Assembly: GCA_965214465.1 (NCBI GenBank)
Contig: CBDCBX010000020.1
Coordinates: 554,363 to 618,362, forward strand
Reading direction: 5' to 3'
Length of the DNA stretch: 64,000 nucleotides
DNA from: Acidobacteriota bacterium
GTDB taxonomy: Bacteria > Acidobacteriota > UBA6911 > RPQK01 > CBDAPI01
Shown: positions 19,924 through 29,398 of the stretch, piece after piece
Layout: each line of letters opens with the position of its first letter
Numbering within the stretch: the stretch's first letter is position 1
The notes under the pieces: generated by a model
What the model saw: the letters and a program-made list of their open reading frames with translations, nothing else
Told to the model about the DNA's origin: nothing
Databases searched by the model: none
Position numbers and translations under genes: made by a program

Positions 19924-21486
19924 TCAGGATCCGGAGCCTGGCCGCCAGACGGTGAGGCCGCTCAGATCCTTGCCGTGTCGGCTTCCGATCAGAAGGCTGA
20001 CGGAATAGGCCACCCCAAAGAGAAGCAGATTGGCAAACGTGCTCACCCAGAAGTTGTCGGGCAGGGCTGCGGATAGGCAGGGGAAGAGTTCCCTACCAGG
20101 ATGGGTATCCAGAAACAGCCATCCGCCGACTGAGAGAACCGTTACTACTGTAGCAGTGATGGCCGCTCGGCTATCCACCCGGAAGGTGACGACACCCAGC
20201 AAGAACAAGCTGAGGAGACCTCCTCCGAGGATCGACAGAAACATTCTTGATAGATCGTCCAAGGTCTCAGACACTCGGTAAAAGTGGATCGTGCAAGCGG
20301 TGGTAATCATCACCAGGCTGAACAGCAGACTGATCAATCTTCCTACTTTGGCATAGTGACGGGGATCCCGATCCTTGGCCTTGACCCACAACCTTCGGTA
20401 GAAGTCGGTAGTCACGGTCGCTGCAGTGGCGTTGATGCTCGAGTCCAGTGTCGACATGGCGGAGGCGAGCAGTCCCGTCAAGACCAGCCCGGCAAGACCC
20501 GGCGGCAGCTGGGTCAGGATGAATCTCGGAAATACAGCGTCCGCCGCGAGTCCCTCCAGCCCGGTATTTGGTACCACTTTCACAAAGACGTAAAGAGCAG
20601 TACCCAGAAACAAGAAGTACGTCCATATCGGCACCGCCAGGCAGCAGCCGATGATGGCACCCCGGGTGGCGTCTTTGTCGCTCCTGGCGGCGGCGTAGCG
20701 TTGAACGCTCGTCTGGTCTGTACAGGCCAACCGCGCCAAGACCATGAATTCGGCGGCCAGGTAGGCCCAGACTGTCCTTCCCTGCAGAGTGAACTGCGGG
20801 TTGCCCAGGTCGAACTTGTTGTCAGCGGCGGCAATACTGAAAAGTTGAGCAAACCCGCCCGGCAGCTGCGAAACGATGATGGGCAGACACAACAGTCCTC
20901 CCCCGATCAGGGCGATTCCCTGGAAGACGTCCGTCCAGATAACGGCCTGGAGTCCTCCCATGATGGTGTAGGCAGAAACCAGGAATCCAGCGACGATGAT
21001 GATCAACGGCAGCGAGTTCTCGTCCGTCTGCAAGATGGATTGGATCGCTAACGAGACCGCGTAGAGAACAATCCCGGTGCGGAAGAAGTGAAAGAGCACG
21101 AAGCTCGCTGCTGCATAGATCCGCGCCCATAGACCGAATCTGCGTTCCAGGTACTCGTAGGCCGAATTCACGCGGGTCGAGCGGTACAAGGGAATAAACA
21201 AATAGACGGTGATCAAGACCGCTGGAATGTACATGAAGTGGGCAAAGAGGTTGCGCCAATTTGTCTCGCCGAAGGCAAAAGCGGGAATCCCAAGGAAGGT
21301 CATGGAGCTGACGGTAGTTGCCATCAAGGAGAAGCCCACCACCCAGCCGGGCATGGACCTGCCGGCAAAAAAGTAACCCTCATCAGTCTGACTGCGACGG
21401 GAGCAGAGAATCCCGATAAGGAGCAGCAGCAGGAAACCGAGGCCGATAATGATCTGGTCGAGCAATCGGATGTCGAGTCCAGGCAT
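19924..21486 (-). CDS. sodium:solute symporter (SSS) family transporter
   Basis: 520 aa polytopic. SSS-like topology and motifs (GRSMPGWVVGFSLMATTVS). Confidence 0.7.
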   Translation of the reverse strand: MPGLDIRLLDQIIIGLGFLLLLLIGILCSRRSQTDEGYFFAGRSMPGWVVGFSLMATTVSSMTFLGIPAFAFGETNWRNLFAHFMYIPAVLITVYLFIPLYRSTRVNSAYEYLERRFGLWARIYAAASFVLFHFFRTGIVLYAVSLAIQSILQTDENSLPLIIIVAGFLVSAYTIMGGLQAVIWTDVFQGIALIGGGLLCLPIIVSQLPGGFAQLFSIAAADNKFDLGNPQFTLQGRTVWAYLAAEFMVLARLACTDQTSVQRYAAARSDKDATRGAIIGCCLAVPIWTYFLFLGTALYVFVKVVPNTGLEGLAADAVFPRFILTQLPPGLAGLVLTGLLASAMSTLDSSINATAATVTTDFYRRLWVKAKDRDPRHYAKVGRLISLLFSLVMITTACTIHFYRVSETLDDLSRMFLSILGGGLLSLFLLGVVTFRVDSRAAITATVVTVLSVGGWLFLDTHPGRELFPCLSAALPDNFWVSTFANLLLFGVAYSVSLLIGSRHGKDLSGLTVWRPGSGS

Positions 21487-22026
21487 AGTTCTAGGGCGAC
21501 CTTAGCGCCTCAGCTCCGGTGTGGCTTGAGCCACTGCCCTATTTTGCTGGGATGCGGTCTCGATGACGCGCTCCAGTGTACCGGGTTCGAGCCGGTGTCG
21601 GAGACGGCAGGATCCCCGACGAATCCATTGCGAGGACCCAATTCCCCCCGCTGCTCCCGGCAGGAACACGCAGGGTGCGCCGGTGGCCTGCTCTAAGCCG
21701 AGATTCCCCATATCAGCCTCGGATCCGAGTTCCTCTGACCTGCCCATGACGAATACTCAAAACCTATCAGCCCTTCAACCAAGGAACAAGCGTTTTTCCT
21801 CATATTTCGGCCGAAAGTATTTGCGAACCTTCTTCTTCTCGTAGCGAGCCACGATTGGTTCCGCAGCCGCAGTCTACCCAGAATAGGCCCGCGGTCCTAA
21901 CATAGAGAGTGGACTCGGTTGTGGGGGTGGGTCACTCCCTCTGATTAATAAACAAAGTTGACACACCACTAGTCTCGTACGGCCCATTTTGTCGAACGCG
22001 TGCGGCTCAAGGACCGATGCAGGACA

Positions 22027-22167
22027 ATCGCTTTCCTGTAGGTGCCAAGTGTGTTCAAATCCTCGGGCGATGAACGAATCAATCTATCAGTGGGGAGTGG
22101 CTCATGCGAATTGAAGCCGTGGAAATGCTTGTTCAGCGGAGGGATAGAACCGAGAGGACATCCATCC
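22027..22167 (+). repeat. about 140-bp direct repeat, copy 1 (5' UTR plus first 22 codons of the hypothetical gene at 27084, truncated here)
   Basis: About 92% identical to 27008-27151. Encodes MRIEAVEMLVQRRDRTERTSIP then terminates. Confidence 0.7.
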
Positions 22168-22323
22168 CGGTCGTACCCAGGTAAGAAGTACGTAGACCCT
22201 CGTCATTCGTCATTCGGTAGACAGAAGGGCCTCGGCGATGTATAGTCAATGTATATCCGTGAATGATGACCGGGCCAGCGGCTCGGGACCTCTGGAGTTG
22301 CTCTCTCGCAGAGGAGGACCCTG

Positions 22324-22566
22324 ATGCGGACTAAGATTCAGAAATGGGGCAACAGCCTCGGCCTCCGAATTCCAAAGTCCTTTGCTGAAGAAGCCGGGGT
22401 TAGGGCCGGATCCAAGGTCGATCTCTCGGTGGAAGACGGTGAATTGATCGTCCGTCCGGCCCGGGTACCGAGATACAATCTGAAGGACCTGCTGCAAGGC
22501 GTTTCTGCCCGGAATCTCCACAAGGCGGTAGAGACCGGTGAAACTGTCGGTCTGGAAGTCTGGTAA
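22324..22566 (+). CDS. mazE: type II antitoxin MazE (SpoVT/AbrB fold)
   Basis: MRTKIQKWGNSLGLRIPKSFAEEAGV... swapped-hairpin antitoxin signature. GAGGAGG RBS. Start of mazF overlaps the stop. Confidence 0.75.
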   Translation: MRTKIQKWGNSLGLRIPKSFAEEAGVRAGSKVDLSVEDGELIVRPARVPRYNLKDLLQGVSARNLHKAVETGETVGLEVW

Positions 22567-22910
22567 TGGCCAAGGCCTATGTTCCGGATCGCGGCGATAT
22601 CGTGTGGCTCCAATTCGATCCGCAGGCCGGACACGAGCAAGCTGGACGCAGGCCGGCATTCGTCGTGTCGCCACGTGCCTACAACCGTAAGGTCGGCCTG
22701 GCTCTGTTCTGCCCCATCACCTCGCGAGTGAAAGGCTATCCCTTCGAAGTTCTGCTCCCGAAGGGAGGCAAAGCCCGCGGCGCTATCCTTTCCGACCAAT
22801 TGAAGAGCCTTGATTGGCGGGTGCGGGAGGCTGCTCGGTTCGATCGTGCATCCGAGGAAGTCGTTCTCGAGGTCACTGCGCGACTCATTGCGCTGGTGCA
22901 TCCTGAATGA
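22566..22910 (+). CDS. mazF: type II toxin MazF/PemK endoribonuclease
   Basis: PDRGDIVWLQFDPQAGHEQAGRRPAFVVS...CPITS: PemK/MazF signature. Confidence 0.8.
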   Translation: MAKAYVPDRGDIVWLQFDPQAGHEQAGRRPAFVVSPRAYNRKVGLALFCPITSRVKGYPFEVLLPKGGKARGAILSDQLKSLDWRVREAARFDRASEEVVLEVTARLIALVHPE

Positions 22911-23276
22911 AGGATACGGGGGTAGCGCCTGTACCCTGGCGATCGCCGCCCTTGCCTCCGGTTGCGATCAACAGCCCGAAGCGGGCCAGGTCCTTGGCGC
23001 TCATAACCGCCCAACCGGGTCCGCCCCGCACGACTTGTCCGTGACCGAAATTGACAAGAAGGTGGTCGGAGACGGAGCGACGGGAGATCTCACCAGGCGG
23101 CTCATCCAACTCTATGACGAGGAGGTCAAGAAGGGCGAGCCGGTCAATGTGGAATGAGTCTTGGCGGGCTCGCGGGTAGGTCTCGCCGAGCCATACCGCC
23201 GATACCTGACCCGGCTTGCCTTCGCTACCCTCCGGGGCTATTATCGCAACTCAAATCAGCGTACACTCGGGGCGGT

Positions 23277-24068
23277 ATGGCGGGAACAGACAAGACTTCG
23301 GAAAAGTCGAGAAAGTACGTCATCCCCGCGGTGGAAAAGACCTTCGCTATCCTCGAGTTTTTTGCCACCGACGGCGGAGCCCACTCCATCTCGGAGATGA
23401 GCCGTCTCATGAAACTCCCCCTCAGCTCCATCAATACGCTGCTTCGATCGCTCGAGTATTGTGGCTACCTGACTCGCGAGGGCGAGACGAGGGGGGCCTT
23501 TCGACTCTCCGGCAAGATCCTGGCGCTGGCCCACAGAGCGCAAGGTCAGATCAACCTGGCCGCCATCGCCGGGCCCTCTTTAGACTCGGTCCGTGATGAC
23601 ACCGGCCTGACCGCCATCCTGGCGGTTCTGGAAGGGGATCATGTCGTCTATCTTGTCAAGTCCCAGGGTGTGACACAGGTCCAGCTCAACGCCTACGTGG
23701 GAAAAAGCTTGCCCCTGCACTGTTCGACGACAGGGAGGGCGATCCTGGCCTACTTGCCCCCTGCAGAGAGTGATGTCCTCCTCAGGAGCATCAAATTGAG
23801 ACGCATGACCCCCTATACAATCACTTCCAAAGCTGAGCTAAGAGCCGATCTCGAAAGAATCAGGCAAAGAGGTTACGCCGAAGACAAGGAGCAGTACGCG
23901 CGGGGAATTCAGGCGGTCGGTGCTCCTGTTTTCGACCATTCCGGGCACGTCCCCTGTGCGGTCGCCATAGCGGGCGGCATCTTCGATTTCCGGGGTAAGG
24001 GAAGGATCCTCGCCCGCCGGCTCAAGCAGTGCGCCGAGGAGATCTCCAAGCGCCTGGGCAGTCCTTAG
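23277..24068 (+). CDS. IclR-family transcriptional regulator
   Basis: N-terminal wHTH (VEKTFAILEFFA...HSISEMSRLMKLPLSSINTLLRSL) and C-terminal effector domain. ATG chosen at 23277; the ORF-track start at 23154 is an upstream extension. Confidence 0.75.
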   Translation: MAGTDKTSEKSRKYVIPAVEKTFAILEFFATDGGAHSISEMSRLMKLPLSSINTLLRSLEYCGYLTREGETRGAFRLSGKILALAHRAQGQINLAAIAGPSLDSVRDDTGLTAILAVLEGDHVVYLVKSQGVTQVQLNAYVGKSLPLHCSTTGRAILAYLPPAESDVLLRSIKLRRMTPYTITSKAELRADLERIRQRGYAEDKEQYARGIQAVGAPVFDHSGHVPCAVAIAGGIFDFRGKGRILARRLKQCAEEISKRLGSP

Positions 24069-24510
24069 CTTCGATCACCTTTCGATCCGCCACCCGGCCC
24101 AGCGTCTGGCCGAACGTTATCGAAGTAGGACTTCAGATCCACGTCCAGCACCCGGGCTTTGTTCTCCGCAAGCTTCTATCTGCCCGCGTTTCCACTCAAT
24201 CCACGATGGTCTGGATGACTCGGAAAATCCAGTCGCGGTCTCCTTGATATTGAGAACCGAAGTAGGCGGACCCGTGTACCGCTCGTTTGATTTTGGTCAT
24301 TTAGAGGTTCTTGGTTCTCAGTGGTACTTATAAAATCGAGCAACTATTCATAATGTTCTGAGAATCGAGTCAAGTTCTTGTGCCTGCCTGCTGGGCGAGG
24401 CCGGACAACCCTTCTTGACTCCGCAGCGAGCAAGGTTTCAGGTGTTCACTGCTGACAAATCGAGTCATGCATCACAAGCGGTTTGGGCCCGACGGTGGGT
24501 AGTTCTTGCC

Positions 24511-25365
24511 TCAAGACTCGAGACTCTGCGTGAAGCTTCGGATTCCATCCCTTAACAGACTGATTTCGCTGGGACCCTCAAAAAAGCGGACTCCGAGTCT
24601 GCGGAGCTCGACAATGGTTTCCGGGTCAAGCCCATTGGAACCCACAACCACTTCGCTCTCTTGGCAGGCGTTACAAATGCGCTCCATAGCGTGTATCACC
24701 ACAGGGCTATTCAGTTCTCCTGGGGTTCCCAACTCGATGGACAGGTCAAAGGTTCCGACGTAGCACACATCGACTCCGGGGCAGGCGACAATTTCTTCGA
24801 TGTTCTCCAGCCCCGCGCGCGTCTCGACATGAGCGATGATAGCCAACTCCTCATTGAGTTTTTTCATGTGATCTAAGGCATGCAGCGGCACATAATCCGC
24901 ACTTGCCATGCCCGTAACTCCCGCACGCGTCCCCTCGGGTGGATACTTCGAGAGTTCGATGAATCGGGTGACATCCGAGGCGCTCTCTGTTCGAGGGAGT
25001 TGAATTCCAGAGATGCCAGCCTCCAGAATCTTGCCGATCAGGTGACGATAGAGATCTGGAGTCTTCATCACGACCGGGAGACCGTTGTCCCGCGCGCAGA
25101 TGACAAAATCATTTAAGTTGGCGGGATCCATCAAGCCGTGTTCGTACTCGACATAGACGAAATCAAAACCACCTTGCTTGTAGAGTTTGACCAGAGCTGG
25201 CCTCATGTACTCCATCACGGTGGCACCCACGAGCAGGTCTCTTTCTTTCAACAAGCGCTTGAGTGTAACCATACGTACCGCCCCGTCAAATTCCGCGGTG
25301 ATGGACAGGGCCTTCTCGATGGGCTGCGTCAGAGTAAAGCTGATGCGTCCCCCGTCTAAGCACAC
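24511..25365 (-). CDS. HpcH/HpaI-family aldolase (2-keto-3-deoxy-acid aldolase / citrate-lyase-beta-like)
   Basis: 284 aa. TIM-barrel aldolase motifs (FDFVYVEYEHG ... DVCYVGTFDL). Confidence 0.7.
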   Translation of the reverse strand: MCLDGGRISFTLTQPIEKALSITAEFDGAVRMVTLKRLLKERDLLVGATVMEYMRPALVKLYKQGGFDFVYVEYEHGLMDPANLNDFVICARDNGLPVVMKTPDLYRHLIGKILEAGISGIQLPRTESASDVTRFIELSKYPPEGTRAGVTGMASADYVPLHALDHMKKLNEELAIIAHVETRAGLENIEEIVACPGVDVCYVGTFDLSIELGTPGELNSPVVIHAMERICNACQESEVVVGSNGLDPETIVELRRLGVRFFEGPSEISLLRDGIRSFTQSLES

Positions 25366-25481
25366 GGGGATGTTGCCAGAAAACGGGGGGTAAATCCAGT
25401 TAGAATCATTTGTTCGCCCTTCAATCTCGTCCGGCTCGGTGTGACAGACTCCGCAGGCAGCGACTCGTACCAGGCCTTCTC

Positions 25482-26933
25482 CCTAGCAGCCCGTGGTGAA
25501 AGTCGCCTCTCGGTCAGCCATGGCCAATAGACTTGTGCCATGTCGATGGGCAAGCGTAAGAGACAGAGGCAGAGCGAGATGTGGGTGCCGGCAACAGAGC
25601 TGGCCAAAGCGCCGGGACACCCTTTTTACCAACGCCTGAACCGAGTGCTGGGCAAGCACGGTTTCGATGATTTTGTGGAAGCGGAATGCGCCGCTTTCTA
25701 TGCCCCCAGCCGAGGGCGGCCCGGCCTGGCACCGGGCATCTATTTCCGGCTGCTGCTGGTGGGTTACTTCGAAGGGTTGAGCTCGGAGCGAGGCATTGCC
25801 TGGCGAGCCGCTGATTCGCTGGCGCTGCGCGGTTTTCTGGGACTGAATCTGAGTGAGTCACCTCCGGATCATTCGACCATCTCCAGGACCAGGCGACTGA
25901 TCGATGTGGCCACGCATGAGGCGGTTTTCTCCTGGGTGCTGAAGCGGGTAGCCGAGAGCGGGTTATTGAATGGCAAGACGATCGGCATCGATGCCACCAC
26001 GCTGGAAGCCAATGCGGCGCTGCGCAGCATCGTGAGACGAGACTCCGAGCAGGGCTACGAAGAGTTCTTAACGGAGCTGGCAGTAGCCTCCGGCATCCAG
26101 ACGCCTACTCGAGAAGATCTGGCCCTACTGGACCGCAAGCGAACCGGCAAGGGATCGAACCAGCAGTGGAAGCACCCGCAGGATGGGGATGCGCGCATCG
26201 CCAGGATGAAGGATGGGCGGACGCATCTGGCGCACAAGGCAGAGCATGCAGTGGATCTGGAGACGGGAGCCATCGTCTCGGTCACGGTGCAAGGAGCGGA
26301 TCGAGGCGATACGCAAACGATGGTCAAGACACTGATACAGGCGGCCGAGCAGGTGGAACAAGCGCTGCCGAAGGGATCGGGCATCGAAGAGGTGGTGGCC
26401 GACAAGGGATATCACAGCAGCGAGCGGATGGTGGATTTAGAAGCGCTGGGACTGCGCAGCTATGTGAGCGAACCGAAACGAGGGAAAAGACGCTGGAGAG
26501 GAGACACTCAGGCCCGTGATGCGGTCTATGGGAACCGGCGACGAATCCGGGGTCGGCGAGGACGGCAACTTTTACGACAACGAGGTGAGCTACTGGAGAG
26601 ACCGTGTGCTCACCTTTACGAGACCGGCGGGATGAGACGGGTTCACGTTCGGGGCCATGAGAATGTCTTGAAGCGGCTGCTGATTCAGGTGAGCGGATTC
26701 AATCTGGGGCTGCTGATGCGCCAGCAGTTGGGTGTGGGCACGCCGCGGGGGCTGCAGGGGCGGATTTGCCTCGTCTTGCTCCTCATTTTGTCGCTGTGGA
26801 AGCGTCTGAAGGGCCTGTTTGGCTTGATTCCGACCGCCCAGACTCAAAAGTCCCGGTCAACGCTCCCGTCGCTTCTGCCACCGGTCCGCTCGGTCTGAAG
26901 TCTGAAAACCTATTTGCACCACGGGCTGCTAGG
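25482..26933 (+). mobile_element. IS5/IS1182-like insertion sequence
   Basis: Terminal IRs CCTAGCAGCCCGTGGTG (25482-25498) and the reverse complement at 26917-26933. Single transposase ORF. A solo copy of the right end recurs at 43230-43272. Confidence 0.65.
25540..26898 (+). CDS. IS5/IS1182-family DDE transposase
   Basis: 452 aa. N-terminal region (FYQRLNRVLGKHGFDDFVE, InsH-N-like) and DDE_Tnp_1-like core (IGIDATTLEANA ... ADKGYHS). Confidence 0.75.
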   Translation: MSMGKRKRQRQSEMWVPATELAKAPGHPFYQRLNRVLGKHGFDDFVEAECAAFYAPSRGRPGLAPGIYFRLLLVGYFEGLSSERGIAWRAADSLALRGFLGLNLSESPPDHSTISRTRRLIDVATHEAVFSWVLKRVAESGLLNGKTIGIDATTLEANAALRSIVRRDSEQGYEEFLTELAVASGIQTPTREDLALLDRKRTGKGSNQQWKHPQDGDARIARMKDGRTHLAHKAEHAVDLETGAIVSVTVQGADRGDTQTMVKTLIQAAEQVEQALPKGSGIEEVVADKGYHSSERMVDLEALGLRSYVSEPKRGKRRWRGDTQARDAVYGNRRRIRGRRGRQLLRQRGELLERPCAHLYETGGMRRVHVRGHENVLKRLLIQVSGFNLGLLMRQQLGVGTPRGLQGRICLVLLLILSLWKRLKGLFGLIPTAQTQKSRSTLPSLLPPVRSV

Positions 26934-27007
26934 ATCGGGTACCGGCAACCCTGCCAATCCCAAAGGGATCTCGACCTCTTTGAGAGAAACAATCTTCTTG
27001 AGCACCA

Positions 27008-27151
27008 TTGCTTTCTTATAGGCGCCAAGTGTGTTCAAATCCTGGGGCGATGAACGAATCAATCTGTCAGTGGGGAGTGGCTCATGCGAATTGAACCCGT
27101 GGAAATGCTTGTTCAGCGGAAGGACAGAACCGAAAGGACATCCATCCCCAT
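27008..27151 (+). repeat. about 140-bp direct repeat, copy 2 (native 5' region of the gene at 27084)
   Basis: See 22027-22167. Confidence 0.7.
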
Positions 27152-27830
27152 TGGATCTGTGGCAGGAGCGCGATATTCTTCTCGAGACGTGGCCGGCATG
27201 CGCAAGCAAATCGACGCAATGCTGGCCCGCGGCGAGGCTGGAACTAAGACCAATCCGGCGATCTTCCACATCGGTCGCTACCTGCTGACTCAAGCGGTCG
27301 AATTTGAAGTGCAAGGTCCGCTGACCGGTGGAGAGGCTGAAATTGTGGCCATCCGAGACGGGAACGACATCTTTATCTCGGTGGGCAGCGACCAGTGTGA
27401 CCGGGAATTAGATCCCCTCTTTCAAGATAAGCCCAAGCAGATGTGTCCGCATCCCATTGGCTCCACGGCTTGGGTCTACAGCGATGTCCAGGACCACTGG
27501 GATAGCCTGAGAATATCCAGCCAGGTGACGGTTGGAGAACACGTCTTGCCTCTTCAAGACTGCGCCGCCTCTGAGTTGGTTGACCTGGAATATCTTCTGG
27601 CGATGAAGGATGTGCAGTCACTGATCCTTCCATCGTTTCTCTATTGTGGCGCCGTGCCGTTTCTGGACTCGGTAGCCCAGGCCGTCGAGGACTATTCTGT
27701 CCCCGAAGAGACCCGCCACGGCGTCGGCGACGCTTTCCTGGCCCGGTTGCACGACCCCGTGCTGAATCGGACGATCGAACATCGCTACCGGGCTGTTCCG
27801 GTTGGAGATGATTTAGCGGAAAGGCGCTGA
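27084..27830 (+). CDS. hypothetical protein (no family recognised by eye)
   Basis: 248 aa, soluble, reasonable composition. Its first 22 codons and upstream region are duplicated 5 kb upstream. Confidence 0.5.
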   Translation: MRIEPVEMLVQRKDRTERTSIPIGSVAGARYSSRDVAGMRKQIDAMLARGEAGTKTNPAIFHIGRYLLTQAVEFEVQGPLTGGEAEIVAIRDGNDIFISVGSDQCDRELDPLFQDKPKQMCPHPIGSTAWVYSDVQDHWDSLRISSQVTVGEHVLPLQDCAASELVDLEYLLAMKDVQSLILPSFLYCGAVPFLDSVAQAVEDYSVPEETRHGVGDAFLARLHDPVLNRTIEHRYRAVPVGDDLAERR

Positions 27831-27869
27831 CTCAAGAATCTCGGGCCAACCTGGGCACGCGCCCCCCAA

Positions 27870-28514
27870 TTAGTTCAACTTCCGGGTCGGAAGTTCACGT
27901 GAAACGGACCACTTGATGCGCGCATCGGGAAGAGGGACAGACGTGAAGAGATCACGCGCTATCCCCTGGATGGCTCCCTCAGCTGGCGAGATGGAGAAGT
28001 CCTGCTCCACAACGCCGGGCTCGGCGAGGTTGATTTGTTCTTCGATGGCTGTGTAGCCGGCTTTGAATGCCACAGCCCAACCTCGGAGATGCGCTTCCGA
28101 GTGAAGTCTGTAGTACCCCTGCAGGTTTGATGAGGCTTCCAGTACTACTTCCTCAAATTCCTCCGTCACTGGGTCCCTGGAGTCGTAGAAGCAAACCGTC
28201 GCCCCGGCAAGGGGCTCCTCATGTCCGGCGGACAGAATGTGGCCCTCGATCACGAAATCCTGGAACGGAGAAGACCATCTCCTCAGGTCTTGTAGCTTTC
28301 GTCGAAAGACCGGATCAAGCCTCGAAGCGGGTGACCCTGCTTCCGTCGTCCCTTTACTTTCAAGATGGTCTCTTGGATCAACCCTGGTCTGGTGGGGCCC
28401 CGCGGGCTGGAGCTTCGTGCCAAGCCCCCAATCCGGACCAATGAAGAGCACTCCAATGACCAGAAGGAGACAGGTCACGAGCGCGATCACCAGATATCTA
28501 CTCATGGTCTCCAA
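27870..28514 (-). CDS. membrane-anchored hypothetical protein with carboxypeptidase-regulatory-like beta-sandwich
   Basis: N-terminal TM (YLVIALVTCLLLVIGVLFI). ...ATVCFYDSRDPVTEEFEEVVLEASSNLQGYYRL resembles CarboxypepD_reg folds. Confidence 0.4.
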   Translation of the reverse strand: METMSRYLVIALVTCLLLVIGVLFIGPDWGLGTKLQPAGPHQTRVDPRDHLESKGTTEAGSPASRLDPVFRRKLQDLRRWSSPFQDFVIEGHILSAGHEEPLAGATVCFYDSRDPVTEEFEEVVLEASSNLQGYYRLHSEAHLRGWAVAFKAGYTAIEEQINLAEPGVVEQDFSISPAEGAIQGIARDLFTSVPLPDARIKWSVSRELPTRKLN

Positions 28515-28873
28515 TGCTCTGACCGTTGGCCGGGTGGAGACAAGCGATCAATCGCGCCCGTACGCTGACAGCACTGATTGCCCTTTTCGAAGATCGTTGC
28601 ATAGGTGCTTTCTTTCCTAGACGCACTTAGGCTGACCGATGTTCCTTCACAGAATCGCCCATGCTTGCATTCTTAGGTGAACATAACGGGGAATAAGATC
28701 CTCTGGTCTGCTGGTAGCCCGAGAAGGGCGGGGAATGTGCTGCTTAAGGTTCTCTGAACACCGGTCGATCTCGCAACCGAGGGAGCAAGGAACTCCACCG
28801 CCCAGTCGAGAAGGAGAAGCCCGCCCACTACACGCAGATACGCTCGCCAGAGTCCCTGAGCTGTAACCCACAG

Positions 28874-29032
28874 GGTGATGCCCACTACGAGAAGGTCCGT
28901 CGCCAGGGCAGCATTCAGGATGTGGCTGTCTTGAAAGCGACCGGCGTGAACTGCTGGGGCAAGCGGGAGGTGATTGGTATCAGCTGCGGCTCATCACCGC
29001 TGTCGTCGAGGAGATTCACGAAGACTGGCTGA
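28874..29032 (+). pseudogene. IS256-family (mutator-type) transposase internal fragment
   Basis: GDAHYEKVRRQGSIQDVAVLKATGVNCWGKREVIGIS matches the IS256 transposase core (DATY.KVR..G.V...AVL.A.GV..DG.REVLG). Frame breaks after it; no start and no ends. Confidence 0.45.
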
Positions 29033-29398
29033 TCGGCAAGCAGTACCTCAGCCTGGTCGATTTCAAACCACAGGAGAATCCCGTCTCGGAACTCTCTCAG
29101 TCAAATTACAGAAAAACAGTTGCGTAGCCTAACCCACCCACCTGGCAATCCATACCCCCTTGACCGGGGTGAGAGGGCAGGACACTCCTCGTCTCCCCTT
29201 CCACCCACGATTAACTCTGGCCCCGTAGGGCGGTAGCGCACTTCGCCCAGAGCAATTGACTGCTCTGGTGATCTCCCATAGTCTCTACTGACAGACTTAA
29301 TCTGGGAATGATCCGAGTTGGTTGCGTTACAGCCCGCCGCTGGTACTCCCTCGGCTGCCCGGGGTGCCCCCGGAAGGATTTGTAAAGGAGAACAAGTC

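Noticed and set aside
21502-21844. Small ORFs in the 550-bp gap upstream of the SSS transporter
   Set aside because: No recognisable features. The region looks like promoter/UTR (TTGACA-like element near 21957).
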